A DNA stretch of 53,478 nucleotides from a virus (taxonomy: Duplodnaviria; Caudoviricetes): IMG/VR virus record IMGVR_UViG_3300020020_000038, positions 1 through 53,478 of that record. One strand, 5' to 3'. This document shows, piece after piece, positions 16,470-25,935 of this stretch (within the stretch, counting starts at the first letter, position 1; every line of letters starts with the position of its first letter). The position numbers and the translations under genes are program-made. Under the pieces are notes generated by a model. The model had not been told where the DNA came from, searched no databases, and saw only the letters and a program-made list of their open reading frames with translations.

Positions 16470-16643
16470 ATGAGTGACAGCCCTGACCAGATGGAACGAG
16501 CCCGCGCCGCCCGAGCGATTCTCACGGACGCTCGCCCACCGGACCCCTACGACGGCAAGACGAGACGGCAGGAGCAGGCCGAACTCGACGCCTTCATGGC
16601 GATCTTCCACCCCGACCACGAGCGCATCGTCTTGGAGGCGTGA
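16470..16643 (+). CDS. Hypothetical protein (57 aa, leaderless)
   Basis: TATAGT-N7-ATG; MSDSPDQMERARAAR...; stop overlaps the next start. Confidence 0.6.
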   Translation: MSDSPDQMERARAARAILTDARPPDPYDGKTRRQEQAELDAFMAIFHPDHERIVLEA

Positions 16644-17365
16644 TGGATTTGGAGCGTTTGGCGGAGCCGCCGCGGCCCGTGGACGAGGACGCAGTCCTGG
16701 CGGAGATTGCTGCCTACCTGCATGACGACCTTCCATCCGATCAGGCCCGGGAGCCGTGGCGGATCACGAACATCGGTGAGGCTGATTGGGCGATGCGGGT
16801 GGTGGCGGAGGCACGTCGCCGGCAGCAGGACTACGACGATCAGATCCGGTTGTGGCAGGACGCCAAGCGGCGGATGGGCGGCAGCGCGGATTGGTTGGAG
16901 GATCGGTTGGCGGAGTGGGCGTTGGAGGTGCGGACGGATCGGGTGAAGTCGCAGGCGTTGGCGCATGGGACGGTCGCTACGAGGCGGAGCCCACCGAAGA
17001 TTGAGGTGGTCGCCGAGGACGCTGTCATCGAGTGGGCGAAGTCGCATGCTCCGCAGGCGGTGCGGATCGAGTGTCGATTCTTGAAGTCGGAGGTGGGAGA
17101 CTCTTGGGCGATCAGGGATGTGGTGGTCGGGTTCCGGGCGATCGAGCGGGTGACGGGAGAGGTGGAGGAGATTCCGCTGGAGCCACCGATCGTCGACCGG
17201 GACGAGGCCATCGATCGGTTGTTGGCGATCCAGTCGCGGATGACCGGGTACAACGTCACGTCGATCGTGGGGTCGGCGGTGATGGACAGCGGTGGCGGTC
17301 TCGTGCCGGGCGTCGAGGTGGTGCCCGAGCACATTGCGGCGACCGTCAGGCCGTTGATGCCATGA
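16640..17365 (+). CDS. Gam-like host-nuclease inhibitor
   Basis: WRITN..ADWAMR, coiled coil, KSQALAHGTVATRR; sits beside a recombinase. Confidence 0.7.
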   Translation: MMDLERLAEPPRPVDEDAVLAEIAAYLHDDLPSDQAREPWRITNIGEADWAMRVVAEARRRQQDYDDQIRLWQDAKRRMGGSADWLEDRLAEWALEVRTDRVKSQALAHGTVATRRSPPKIEVVAEDAVIEWAKSHAPQAVRIECRFLKSEVGDSWAIRDVVVGFRAIERVTGEVEEIPLEPPIVDRDEAIDRLLAIQSRMTGYNVTSIVGSAVMDSGGGLVPGVEVVPEHIAATVRPLMP

Positions 17366-17628
17366 CGGCCACGAAGGCTTCGATGGGGCGGTGGGACCCG
17401 GCCTGGCCGTACCAGCCTTTGGAGAAGTACTTGGCGGCGACGCGGCCGACGACGGACGGCCCCGTCACGGCGAGAGAAGTTGCGAAGCTGGCGGGGGTGA
17501 CACGGACGACCGTGCAGAAGTGGCGGGCGACGGGAGTGTTCCCTGAGGTGTTCGCCGACAGGGCAGCGATTGCGGCGGGCGCGCACCCGGCCGAGATCTG
17601 GCCCGACTGGTTTGACCGGGTCGCATAA
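17362..17628 (+). CDS. HTH DNA-binding protein (Ner/Cro-like)
   Basis: AREVAKLAGVTRTTVQKW..ADRAA..GAHPAEIWP. Confidence 0.7.
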   Translation: MTATKASMGRWDPAWPYQPLEKYLAATRPTTDGPVTAREVAKLAGVTRTTVQKWRATGVFPEVFADRAAIAAGAHPAEIWPDWFDRVA

Positions 17629-17683
17629 ACACCCGTCAGCTATAATCCAGGTTTAACAGCAAACGTGTGAACAGGAGAATCCG

Positions 17684-18709
17684 ATGCCAGCACTCTTTCA
17701 GGAAGCGGTACGCGAACAGATCAAGCTGCGTGCCGCGATCGACGGCCCCACCGGGGCAGGCAAGACGTGGACAGCGTTGCAGTTTGCACGCATCCTCGCC
17801 GGGCCGAACGGGACGGTGGCGTTGGGGGACACCGAGCACCGATCCTCGTTGAGGTATGCGCCGGCCCCCGGTGAGAGCCTCGACCGGGACCGGTTCTTCG
17901 ATCCGCCGTACACCTTCAAGCGGTTGGACTTGACGGCGCCGTACAACCCGGTCGGACTGGCCGAGCTGATCAACCGGGCACCCGACGAGATTGGGGAGGA
18001 CGGCGTCCTCATCGTCGATTCGCTCACCCATTACTGGGTGGGGGAGGGCGGCACGTTGGACATCGTTGATCAGGCGAGGTTGAAGGGGTTCAACGGGTTC
18101 ACGGCATGGCAGGAAGGCACCCCACCCCAACGGTTCTTGCTGTATTCGATCGTGCAGTGCCGGTGCCACCTGATTTGCACGATGCGCTCCAAGATGGAGT
18201 ACGCGATGGAGGAGAACACCGACACGAAGGGCAACCGGAAGTCGACCGTCACGAAGAAGGGAATGGCGCCGGAGCAGCGGTCGGGCATCGAGTACGAGTT
18301 CGACTTGATCGTGTCGATGGACTTGTCGAACCGGGCAGAGGTCACGAAGTCGCGCATCCCGGGGTTGATGGGGACGGTGTTCCATCCGGGCCGGTCGTAC
18401 GAGATGGGGGAGGCGTTGGCCGATTGGTTGGCGACGGGAGCCCCACTGATTTCGACGGTGCAGGTGGAGGCGATCCGGGCGGCCATCGGTTCGTTGCCGA
18501 CGGAGGAGGATCGGGTCCGAGTGCGACGCGATTTCGTGGCGAAGTTCGGGCGGAAGCCGGCCGACTTGTTGGCGTCGGACGCTGAGGCGGCAGCGAGTTG
18601 GGTTGCTGGGCAGATCGCGGCGGCCGGGAAGTTGGCCGGTCCGTTGGCGGACGCCGTAGACGCCACCGAGCCCGACGAGCAGCCATCCCTACAGGAGGCC
18701 ACGACATGA
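17684..18709 (+). CDS. AAA ATPase, Sak4-like single-strand annealing recombinase
   Basis: GPTGAGKT, DTEH, LIVDSLTH, CTMRSK and EYEFD. Confidence 0.85.
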   Translation: MPALFQEAVREQIKLRAAIDGPTGAGKTWTALQFARILAGPNGTVALGDTEHRSSLRYAPAPGESLDRDRFFDPPYTFKRLDLTAPYNPVGLAELINRAPDEIGEDGVLIVDSLTHYWVGEGGTLDIVDQARLKGFNGFTAWQEGTPPQRFLLYSIVQCRCHLICTMRSKMEYAMEENTDTKGNRKSTVTKKGMAPEQRSGIEYEFDLIVSMDLSNRAEVTKSRIPGLMGTVFHPGRSYEMGEALADWLATGAPLISTVQVEAIRAAIGSLPTEEDRVRVRRDFVAKFGRKPADLLASDAEAAASWVAGQIAAAGKLAGPLADAVDATEPDEQPSLQEATT

Positions 18710-19107
18710 GCACCACCGATCCGACCGCGCTGGACTTGAACGCGACCATCGCCGCGGCGGTCAACGCCCGCATCGAAGCATCCGTCGCTGCGGCCTTGGC
18801 CGGTGACGAGATGATCGGTGCGCTCGTCGCCGCGGCACTCAACCAGGAGATCGAGGTCGGCCGCGACTACAAGAAGTCCAAGACGACGTGGTTGAAGCAC
18901 ACGGTCGCTGAGGCGATCCGTGCGGCCACGAAAGCGGCCGTGGAGCGCCTCGTGATCGAGGAGAGCCCGCTCATCGAGGAGGAGCTGCGGAAGGCGTTCC
19001 GCCGTCAGGCCGGCGAGTTCGCCGAGGGCATCACCCGGTCGCTGCGGGAGAACGCCGCGAAGGGCTACGGCGTGACCGTCGAGCTGAAACTGCCGGGAGG
19101 GTACTGA
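18706..19107 (+). CDS. Hypothetical helical protein
   Basis: AGGAGG RBS and ATGA overlap. Confidence 0.7.
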   Translation: MSTTDPTALDLNATIAAAVNARIEASVAAALAGDEMIGALVAAALNQEIEVGRDYKKSKTTWLKHTVAEAIRAATKAAVERLVIEESPLIEEELRKAFRRQAGEFAEGITRSLRENAAKGYGVTVELKLPGGY

Positions 19108-19289
19108 TGAGCGAGCGGCGACGCATCTACGTCGGGACGTTCCCCGACGGCTCCCAACTCCTCGTGAACCGATGGGTCGACGACGACGGCAACGAGACAT
19201 CAGTCGACGCCGCGACCCGTCCGCACATCGGGTACACGTGGGGTCCACCGATCACCCTCACCGATATCACCCTCACCGAGGAACGATGA
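19107..19289 (+). CDS. Hypothetical protein
   Basis: TGATG coupling. Confidence 0.6.
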   Translation: MSERRRIYVGTFPDGSQLLVNRWVDDDGNETSVDAATRPHIGYTWGPPITLTDITLTEER

Positions 19290-19318
19290 TGCCCCGCCAA
19301 ACCAGAATGGAGAACCCC

Positions 19319-19630
19319 ATGAAGAACAAGATGAGAGCAGCCACCGTGGCCGCAGCGATGCTCTTCACCCTCGCCACGGAGGGAGCAGCATCGGCGCACT
19401 CGGCGCATTGCGACTTCGGCTACATCAACGGGTCAGTTTCGGCGGCCGGTTGGGTCGTGTGCGACACCGGCATCCACGCGGCGAGGGTGACGTTCCAGTC
19501 GAACATCGGGACCCGCGTAACTATCACGGGCGCGTACGTCGTGGCTGGACACCGCTCCACAGCGACTAAGACAGGCTCGTGGACGGTCCGGTGGCGCGTC
19601 TACAACATCGTCCCGCTACACGCGGGCTGA
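19319..19630 (+). CDS. Small secreted protein (2 Cys)
   Basis: Signal peptide MKNKMRAATVAAAMLFTLATEGAASA; GGAG RBS. Confidence 0.7.
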   Translation: MKNKMRAATVAAAMLFTLATEGAASAHSAHCDFGYINGSVSAAGWVVCDTGIHAARVTFQSNIGTRVTITGAYVVAGHRSTATKTGSWTVRWRVYNIVPLHAG

Positions 19631-19668
19631 CCCCCCTCGAATCAAACCCCCAGCCAGAAAGAACACAC

Positions 19669-20478
19669 GTGAACAAGACCATGCGTAACTTCGGTTGCGT
19701 TGCCCTCGCCGCCGCCTCATTCGGCATCGGCATCAACACCGTCGTCAACGCCGGAGACGTCCACCACCCGGACTGCACCGGTCTCGTCAAGGATCAGGCC
19801 CACACGGTGAACACGTCGGTGGCCGGCGTCGTCTACATCAAGGCCGGTGACGACCACTACAACATCGGTTTCCAGCCGGCCGGGTACGACGTGCCGGCGA
19901 GCTACAACGGGCACGGCACGTCGCATTACGACATCTGCCCGAAGTCCTACGGGACCACCACGACAGGAGTGACGACATCAACGACAACGAGCACCACGAC
20001 GACTGCTCCGGGCAACACGACGACGACGGTTGGTGCATCCTCCACGACAACGTCAACGCCGGACACGTCGAGCACCACGAGCACCACGAGCCCGGCGAGC
20101 ACCTCCACCTCGACGACTTCCACCTCGTCATCGGTCCCGACGACGTCAACGACGACGAGCGTGCCGGACTCGTCATCAACTTCGACGACGACATCGACAC
20201 CGACTACGTCCTCGTCCGTCGAGACATCCTCGACAACCTCCAGCGAGCCATCGACCACGACGTCCACGGCCCCGACCACCACCGCACCGACGACGTCTAC
20301 ATCGCCGCCCGGCAACTCCTCGACGACCGACCCGGGACGGCCCTCGACCACGGAACCGCCAGAACCTCGGGGCGCGCTGCCGGAGACCGGGGCCAACGAT
20401 TGGGCGCTCGGAGCGGCAGCCGGGCTGATGATCACGGCCGGGGCGGTCCTGTTGGCGATGGCACGGAACCGGCGATGA
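19669..20478 (+). CDS. LPXTG sortase-anchored surface protein with Thr/Ser-rich stalk
   Basis: Signal peptide, small 2-Cys domain, long T/S/P tract, then LPETG, a hydrophobic helix and RNRR. Confidence 0.85.
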   Translation: MNKTMRNFGCVALAAASFGIGINTVVNAGDVHHPDCTGLVKDQAHTVNTSVAGVVYIKAGDDHYNIGFQPAGYDVPASYNGHGTSHYDICPKSYGTTTTGVTTSTTTSTTTTAPGNTTTTVGASSTTTSTPDTSSTTSTTSPASTSTSTTSTSSSVPTTSTTTSVPDSSSTSTTTSTPTTSSSVETSSTTSSEPSTTTSTAPTTTAPTTSTSPPGNSSTTDPGRPSTTEPPEPRGALPETGANDWALGAAAGLMITAGAVLLAMARNRR

Positions 20479-20675
20479 GCGTGATAGCGAACCAGCTCGT
20501 TGAGCGCAACGGAGAAACACCCTCCGAGGCGCTCGACCAACTGGCTGGCGCCGTCCGGATTCAGCAGAAGCATCGGTGGGTCATCGTCGGGAAGGTGCAC
20601 GTCGTCCCCGGCCAGCCCGGGACCGGGCATGTGGCGAGGGTGACGATGGAGCAGGACTTGGGGAACTGGCCGTGA
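20475..20675 (+). CDS. Hypothetical protein
   Basis: ATGA and GTGA overlaps. Confidence 0.6.
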   Translation: MSVIANQLVERNGETPSEALDQLAGAVRIQQKHRWVIVGKVHVVPGQPGTGHVARVTMEQDLGNWP

Positions 20676-20986
20676 TCGGACCGCCACCCATCGAGTGCGA
20701 CCTGAGCCATCACACGGTGAACCTGGAAGCGGCACCGGATGGGGAGGGGCACCGGTTGCCGTCCGGGTGGACGTCGTTGTCGGTGATCACCAACACCGGC
20801 AACGACGCCGTACCCGTGGTGCCGTACGTGAAGCACTTGTGTCCGAGCTGCACGAGTCGGTTGGAGGCGTTCCTGGCTGGCACCGCAGCGTTCAACCGGA
20901 CACCGCCACAGCGCAGGCCACCCGACCCTGAGGGCGAGCACGTCCCGCCCGTCGTGTTCGATCCACCGATGCACGAGCGGCCATGA
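20672..20986 (+). CDS. Hypothetical Cys-containing protein
   Basis: IECD..LPSGW..HLCPSC. Confidence 0.6.
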   Translation: MIGPPPIECDLSHHTVNLEAAPDGEGHRLPSGWTSLSVITNTGNDAVPVVPYVKHLCPSCTSRLEAFLAGTAAFNRTPPQRRPPDPEGEHVPPVVFDPPMHERP

Positions 20987-21183
20987 CCCGGACCGACGTC
21001 GTCGTGTGCGCAGCCGGAGCCGTCCTCACCGGTTGGACGTGCTGGATGGCGTTCACCTTGTGGATCGGTCGTCGGCAGCCGATCCGCCGGGAGGCACCCA
21101 CGGGTGAAGGCCCGTGGGTGCCCCCGGATCATGCCCGCCGACTGAGGGTGGTACCACCGGAGTCATGGAGGATTCAGCGATGA
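20983..21183 (+). CDS. Small membrane protein
   Basis: N-terminal hydrophobic segment; ATGA overlaps. Confidence 0.55.
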   Translation: MTRTDVVVCAAGAVLTGWTCWMAFTLWIGRRQPIRREAPTGEGPWVPPDHARRLRVVPPESWRIQR

Positions 21184-21344
21184 ATGAGGCTGAGCAGAAG
21201 ATGGCCGCTGCATTGGCACCGTTCGGTTGGACGCGTTCCCCAGCCTTCTGGCAGCGGTATCACAACGACACGTGGGTGTTTAACCTTGCGAACGCTGTCG
21301 AGCGGCTGACTGACGAGTTGAACAGCAAGGGAGCGAGGCGATGA
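21180..21344 (+). CDS. Hypothetical protein
   Basis: GGAGG RBS and ATGA overlaps. Confidence 0.55.
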   Translation: MNEAEQKMAAALAPFGWTRSPAFWQRYHNDTWVFNLANAVERLTDELNSKGARR

Positions 21345-21541
21345 CGGTTGTGGCGGGCGGGTGGGCGTTTCAGACAGGGAGAGACGTCAACAAGAGCGTC
21401 GCCCACTTCTGGCGGGACGGATTCGCCGCATCGTTGTGCGGGCAAGCCACGAGACCGACCACCACCCCGGAGCCCGACGATCAGCATCGCTTCCCGGACG
21501 ACTGCCGCACCTGCCGCTACTACCTCGACCGATTGACGTGA
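21341..21541 (+). CDS. Small His/Cys zinc-finger-like protein
   Basis: GWAF..AHFW..SLCG..PDDCRTCR. Confidence 0.65.
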   Translation: MTVVAGGWAFQTGRDVNKSVAHFWRDGFAASLCGQATRPTTTPEPDDQHRFPDDCRTCRYYLDRLT

Positions 21542-21894
21542 AGCGTGGAGGGCGACTCCGGTCAATGTCGGCGAAGCGACGCGGAGAGAAACGGACGCGG
21601 CACGAGGTGATCGCCGAGGTCGTCGCCAGGGACGGCGCACGATGCCGAGCACAGTTCCTAGTGATCGAGATCGCCTGTAGCGGTCCACTGGACGCTGACG
21701 AGTGGGACCAGCGCGGGGTACGCCCAGGAGGGCACTTGGACCCGGCGAACGTCCAGCTCCTCTGCCGGGCGCATCACGACTGGAAGACGGAGCACCCCGT
21801 GGAGGCCGCGAGAGCCGGTTTACGGCCGTTTCCCCGGAACTACACCGGGGAGGACGGAAACGCGTCCCGGACGATGCCCCTGAACCCCACGTAG
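21538..21894 (+). CDS. HNH-fold protein, first His apparently replaced
   Basis: RDGARC..C.GPLDADE..GG..DPANVQLLCRAHHDWK. Confidence 0.7.
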   Translation: MKRGGRLRSMSAKRRGEKRTRHEVIAEVVARDGARCRAQFLVIEIACSGPLDADEWDQRGVRPGGHLDPANVQLLCRAHHDWKTEHPVEAARAGLRPFPRNYTGEDGNASRTMPLNPT

Positions 21895-21942
21895 CGGTAG
21901 CTCAGCGCCGATTCCCGGGGCCTGGAGGCCCTCCGGGCAGCT

Positions 21943-23133
21943 TTACCGCCCAGAAACCGCCTGCGGGCGCCAGGCACGCTCGATTTCGACGGCTTCGGCC
22001 CACACTTCAGCCGTCCGCCAGGCGTTCCCTTCGACCGTCAACCGGCCGGCCACCTCACGACCCGCTGCCGACTGCTCCGCACGGAGCGCCGGGTCCCGGA
22101 CGAGGGACCGCAACGCCCGCAGCCAGTCTTTCGGCTTGGCAGCCAACGCGCCGCAGCCGAGCGCGGCGAGACGCTGGTACTCGGGGCGGGGCGACGCAAC
22201 CCACGGCACCCCCGCCGCGGACAGCTCCAGCGGTTTGAGCCAGGACTTGGCCTCGTTGAACCGGGACTCCGCCAGCGGCGCGACACCGACGCCGAGCTGG
22301 GCGACGGCTTCGATCCAGCCGTCGTACCCGATCGGACCGGTCATGGGGACTTCCACCCCCAGCTCACGGTCGGCCCCGGTGGAGTCACCGACGACCAGGA
22401 ACCGGCCGCCGTCGCGCAGTAGAGACGCGACAGCGCCGCCCATGACGGCGAGATCGCCGGGATGGGAGTGGGTGGAGCCGGGCCAACCGACGAGATCGGA
22501 GTCCTCGTGCGGGGTGTCAAGGAACCGGGCCGGGACGTAGTTCTCGATGACCCGGGCGTTCCCCCGTCCGTAGCGGCCGGCGAGGGCGGGCGTGGAGACG
22601 GTGGTGAGGGTGGCGGAAGCGGCAGCTTCCTTGGCGGCGAGCCACGAATGACGAGGGAACGACCCGAGGAACTTGACGTACAGGTCGAGGGCGAGCCGGT
22701 TGAGCATGGACTGGGACAGGGCGTCAGGATCGCGGCCTTCGGCACGGAGCCGGGTGAGGACCATCTCAGCGATGTGTTGCCGGGTGGAGTCGGACTCGTA
22801 GGACCAGAGCCGACCCGAGCGCCGATCGGGGTGCATCATCACCCACGCGGGATTGGCCGGATCGATGTGGGACAGATCATCGTCGAGGTCGACGACGACG
22901 GCGACACCCTTGGCACGCCAGAACGGGATAGCGGCGGCGACGTCGGGGACGGTCGGCCGTTGGAACACGAGCAGATCGGCGTCCTCCGGGCAGTGGGCTT
23001 CGATGACGGCGTCGCCTTTCATGATGACACGCAGCCCGGTGTCGGCGTCCTTGCGGGGTTCGTTGATGACGACTTCGATGTCAGGGTGAGCCTCGTGGAT
23101 GGCGCGGGCAGGCCAGATCAGGCGGACATTCAA
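21943..23133 (-). CDS. GT-B (GT4-like) glycosyltransferase with detached N-terminus
   Basis: VFQR, DLDDDL, TVSTPALA, VGWPGS.SHPGDL, GVAPL..FNEAKSWLKPLE..GVPWVAS. The original start peptide at 23130..23177 is out of frame. Confidence 0.8.
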   Translation of the reverse strand: MNVRLIWPARAIHEAHPDIEVVINEPRKDADTGLRVIMKGDAVIEAHCPEDADLLVFQRPTVPDVAAAIPFWRAKGVAVVVDLDDDLSHIDPANPAWVMMHPDRRSGRLWSYESDSTRQHIAEMVLTRLRAEGRDPDALSQSMLNRLALDLYVKFLGSFPRHSWLAAKEAAASATLTTVSTPALAGRYGRGNARVIENYVPARFLDTPHEDSDLVGWPGSTHSHPGDLAVMGGAVASLLRDGGRFLVVGDSTGADRELGVEVPMTGPIGYDGWIEAVAQLGVGVAPLAESRFNEAKSWLKPLELSAAGVPWVASPRPEYQRLAALGCGALAAKPKDWLRALRSLVRDPALRAEQSAAGREVAGRLTVEGNAWRTAEVWAEAVEIERAWRPQAVSGR

Positions 23134-23173
23134 TGGCCGCACGCCCAAAGGTCGGCAGGCCAGACATATACCT

Positions 23174-23695
23174 TCATCGTGCGGCAGGCTCACCCGCCAC
23201 GACGGAACCCCCTTCTGCGGAGGCGTTGTTGAGGCGAGCGAACTCACCCCACGCGGCCTCCGCCGCTCGATCGTAGGCATCAGCGGCCTCGGCTTCCGTT
23301 CCGAAGGCCCCCAGGTACCGCGTGCGGCCGTCGATGTGAATGTGGGAGACCCACCGATTGTGAACACCGTTGCGCGATTTGATCGAGACGCCCTTGTAGC
23401 GGGAGGTGCGACCCCGCTTGCGATTCGGCCCAGCGTTGGCCCGGTTCTGCGCCTTGGACGCGAAGCGCAGGTTGGAGGTCCGATTGTCGAGAGGGTCGCC
23501 GTTCTCATGGTCGACACGTTGATCAGGCCCAGCGCCAGCGATGAGACGGTGGAGGAACAGGAACATCTGCCCACGCATCGCCGCCACGTAGCCCTGAGCC
23601 GTGAGCTTCCAGACGAACCCGGCGACCAACTCGCGGTCAGCGGCGTCGACTACAGCCCGGACCCCATCACCCAGTTCGATCCAATGGTCGGACAT
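23174..23695 (-). CDS. HNH-AP2 homing-type endonuclease
   Basis: LHRLI..VDHENGDPLDNRTSNLR, SRYKGV, YLGAF..AADAYDRAA..GEFARLN. Confidence 0.9.
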   Translation of the reverse strand: MSDHWIELGDGVRAVVDAADRELVAGFVWKLTAQGYVAAMRGQMFLFLHRLIAGAGPDQRVDHENGDPLDNRTSNLRFASKAQNRANAGPNRKRGRTSRYKGVSIKSRNGVHNRWVSHIHIDGRTRYLGAFGTEAEAADAYDRAAEAAWGEFARLNNASAEGGSVVAGEPAAR

Positions 23696-23726
23696 TTCGG
23701 CCAACATAGCACCCGACCGCACGCGT

Positions 23727-24935
23727 TCATCCGATCACCTCGAAGCGGGGGCAGGGCACGACCAGCTTGCCGCCAGCGGCGAGGTAGGCGGCTTCCCGTT
23801 TGGTGAACTCCGTCAGGAACTGCCAGGGCAGCACGAGCGCATACTCCGGGTGGGCGGCACGCATCGCCGATTCGGGCCAGATCGGGATGTCGGTGCCGAC
23901 GGTACGCAGCCCGTACTTCTGGGGTTGCCGTTCGGCGATCCCTTGGATGAGAGACGAGTCGAGCCCGAAGAACTGCAACAGAGTGTTGCCCTTGGTGGAG
24001 GCGCCGTAGCCCCAGACCTTGTCGCCGCGGCGGGCAGCGGAAGTCAGGAACCCGGAGACGTCGGCGGCGAGGACGTTGACGGCGTGCCAGAACGCCATCC
24101 ACGGGTCGGGCGTGTTGACGGCGGTCCACAGTTCCTCGGCGAGCAAGGCGTCGAGGCGGAACTGGCCGACGTCGCGCCACGGTTGGGAACCGATCTTGCG
24201 GACGTCGGCGATCTCGTGGGTGGCGAACACGCGCAGCGATCCGCCGTTGACGGTGTTCAGTTCGGCGTCGAGCACTTGGAACCCGAAGGCCCGCAGCGTG
24301 TCGGTGAGGGTGGTGAGGGAGTAGTAGCGGGCGTGCTCGTGGCAGATGGCGTCGAAGGCGAGCTGGCGGAGCATGAGCGGGGCATAGGCGAGTTGGATGA
24401 CGAACACCCCGTCGGCGGCAAGCATTTGACGGACCGCCCACAGGAACGGCCCGGGGTCCATCAGGTCGTAGAACATGGCGGCGCAGGTCACGACGTCGGC
24501 CGGCCCGTACTTGTCGACGATCCGGTCGGCGACATCCAACGTGAACGGCTCTTGTACGACGAGGTCAGCGTGGCGTTCGCACTCCACCCGGAACGAGTCA
24601 TCGGCGGGGTCGACCCCGACGCGCTTCGCCTCGTCGGACACGTAGGACAGGAGGGTGCCGTCGTTGGAGGCGATGTCGACCCACACGTCGTAGCCGACGA
24701 CTTGCTCGACGGCCATGACGATGTCGTGCAGCTCGAACCGCATCGTCTGGTTGACACCGGACCGATACCAGTAGCGGCCCCACATCAGCTCGGCGGGCGG
24801 CTGGGCGGCGAGGTGCACGAGGCCGTCGCCATCCATCTGCATTTGGAGCGGGAACGGATCGGCGCGAGGAACCTCGTCGAGGGCGAGGAAGTCCGAGACG
24901 TACAGGTCACCGAGGGAGAACAAGTCAGTCGTCAT
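23727..24935 (-). CDS. NDP-sugar C-methyltransferase-like SAM-dependent methyltransferase
   Basis: YWYRSG, DIASNDGTLL, FDAICHEHARYYSL, NGGSLR, GYGASTKGNTLLQ, LVLPW.F. Confidence 0.88.
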   Translation of the reverse strand: MTTDLFSLGDLYVSDFLALDEVPRADPFPLQMQMDGDGLVHLAAQPPAELMWGRYWYRSGVNQTMRFELHDIVMAVEQVVGYDVWVDIASNDGTLLSYVSDEAKRVGVDPADDSFRVECERHADLVVQEPFTLDVADRIVDKYGPADVVTCAAMFYDLMDPGPFLWAVRQMLAADGVFVIQLAYAPLMLRQLAFDAICHEHARYYSLTTLTDTLRAFGFQVLDAELNTVNGGSLRVFATHEIADVRKIGSQPWRDVGQFRLDALLAEELWTAVNTPDPWMAFWHAVNVLAADVSGFLTSAARRGDKVWGYGASTKGNTLLQFFGLDSSLIQGIAERQPQKYGLRTVGTDIPIWPESAMRAAHPEYALVLPWQFLTEFTKREAAYLAAGGKLVVPCPRFEVIG

Positions 24936-24960
24936 ATCGGGCGTAGTGTAATCTAGGTTT

Positions 24961-25935
24961 ATGGCCAGAGTGTTGATCATCAATCACGGCGGATCGACCG
25001 TGTGCGGCATCCACGACTTGGGTTCGAGGATGGCGATGCGGCTCCGCGACGAGACCGACTTGCACGTCGGGTACGCGGCGTGCTCGACGGCGGACGAGTA
25101 CCGGAAGGCGCGTGCCGACCATGACCCGGACGCCGTGATCGTGAATTACCGGGCGGACCTGGCGCCGTGGTGGAGGCAGGTCGCTCACGAGCCGGGCGGG
25201 GTCCGGTGGGCGGTGGCGCACAACTACGAGCCCGGGAACCTTGTGCAGCACGCCCAGACGATCCGTAGCCACGGCTTCGATCGAGTCCTGGCGCTCGACC
25301 CCCCGTTGTACGCCGGCACCGCTTGGGCCGAACACGGGGTGGACATCGTCGGGCGGCCACTCCCACCGACAGCCAGGACAGTTCCGGGAGACGGCCCGGC
25401 GCGCATCGGGACGTTCGGGTTCGCCTTCCCGCACAAGGGGTTCGTCGAGGTGGCCCGCGAGGTCAACATGACGCTCGCCGAGGGCACGTTCGATCTGCAC
25501 ATGCCGGAGGCATGGTTCAACGGCGCCGAGGGGCGGCCGTTGTACGGGCCGGCGATCCTCGATTCGTGCCGGGACCAGATCGATCACGGAGGCCGGATCA
25601 CGTTCCATCACACGTCGAACCACCTGCCGTCGCCTGACCTGGTGGACAGGCTCGGCAAGAACGATGTCAACATACTCCTGTACGCGCCGGGCCAGCCCGA
25701 CGCCGGACTGTCGTCGGCACTCGACTACCTGATTGCGGCGCGCCGGCCGGCGATCGTGACGGATTGCGCCATGTTTCGGCACGGACTCCCGCACGTCGCG
25801 GTTTGGCCGGCCGTCACGTTGCGCGACGTCCTCAACCATCGGGAGCAGTGGGAGCGACAGGCGACAGCGTTGTGGTGGGCGCACACCGGCCGATTCTCCA
25901 GCGACATCGAGACGGTCCTTGACCGATGGGCGTGA
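24961..25935 (+). CDS. GT-B-like glycosyltransferase
   Basis: CGIHDLG, IGTFGFAFPHKGF, GLSSALDYLIAARRP.IVT..MFRH. Confidence 0.7.
   Translation: MARVLIINHGGSTVCGIHDLGSRMAMRLRDETDLHVGYAACSTADEYRKARADHDPDAVIVNYRADLAPWWRQVAHEPGGVRWAVAHNYEPGNLVQHAQTIRSHGFDRVLALDPPLYAGTAWAEHGVDIVGRPLPPTARTVPGDGPARIGTFGFAFPHKGFVEVAREVNMTLAEGTFDLHMPEAWFNGAEGRPLYGPAILDSCRDQIDHGGRITFHHTSNHLPSPDLVDRLGKNDVNILLYAPGQPDAGLSSALDYLIAARRPAIVTDCAMFRHGLPHVAVWPAVTLRDVLNHREQWERQATALWWAHTGRFSSDIETVLDRWA

Noticed and set aside
17612-17646. TTGACC..TATAAT as a full -35/-10 promoter before the Sak4-like gene
   Set aside because: The spacer is 23 nt, too long; only the -10 element is supportable.
19940-20350. ACN/TCN-rich low-complexity DNA as a possible satellite or DGR repeat
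   Set aside because: Explained by the Thr/Ser stalk codons; no reverse transcriptase or template/variable repeat pair.
21893-21945. tRNA-like start GCGGTAGCTCAGCG at the convergence of two operons
   Set aside because: No anticodon arm, T-loop (GTTCRA) or acceptor pairing follows; more likely a weak terminator hairpin region.
23134-23574. N-terminal extension of the 543-aa glycosyltransferase in the ORF track
   Set aside because: It overlaps the HNH-AP2 gene in another frame; the natural GT start is ATG 23177.
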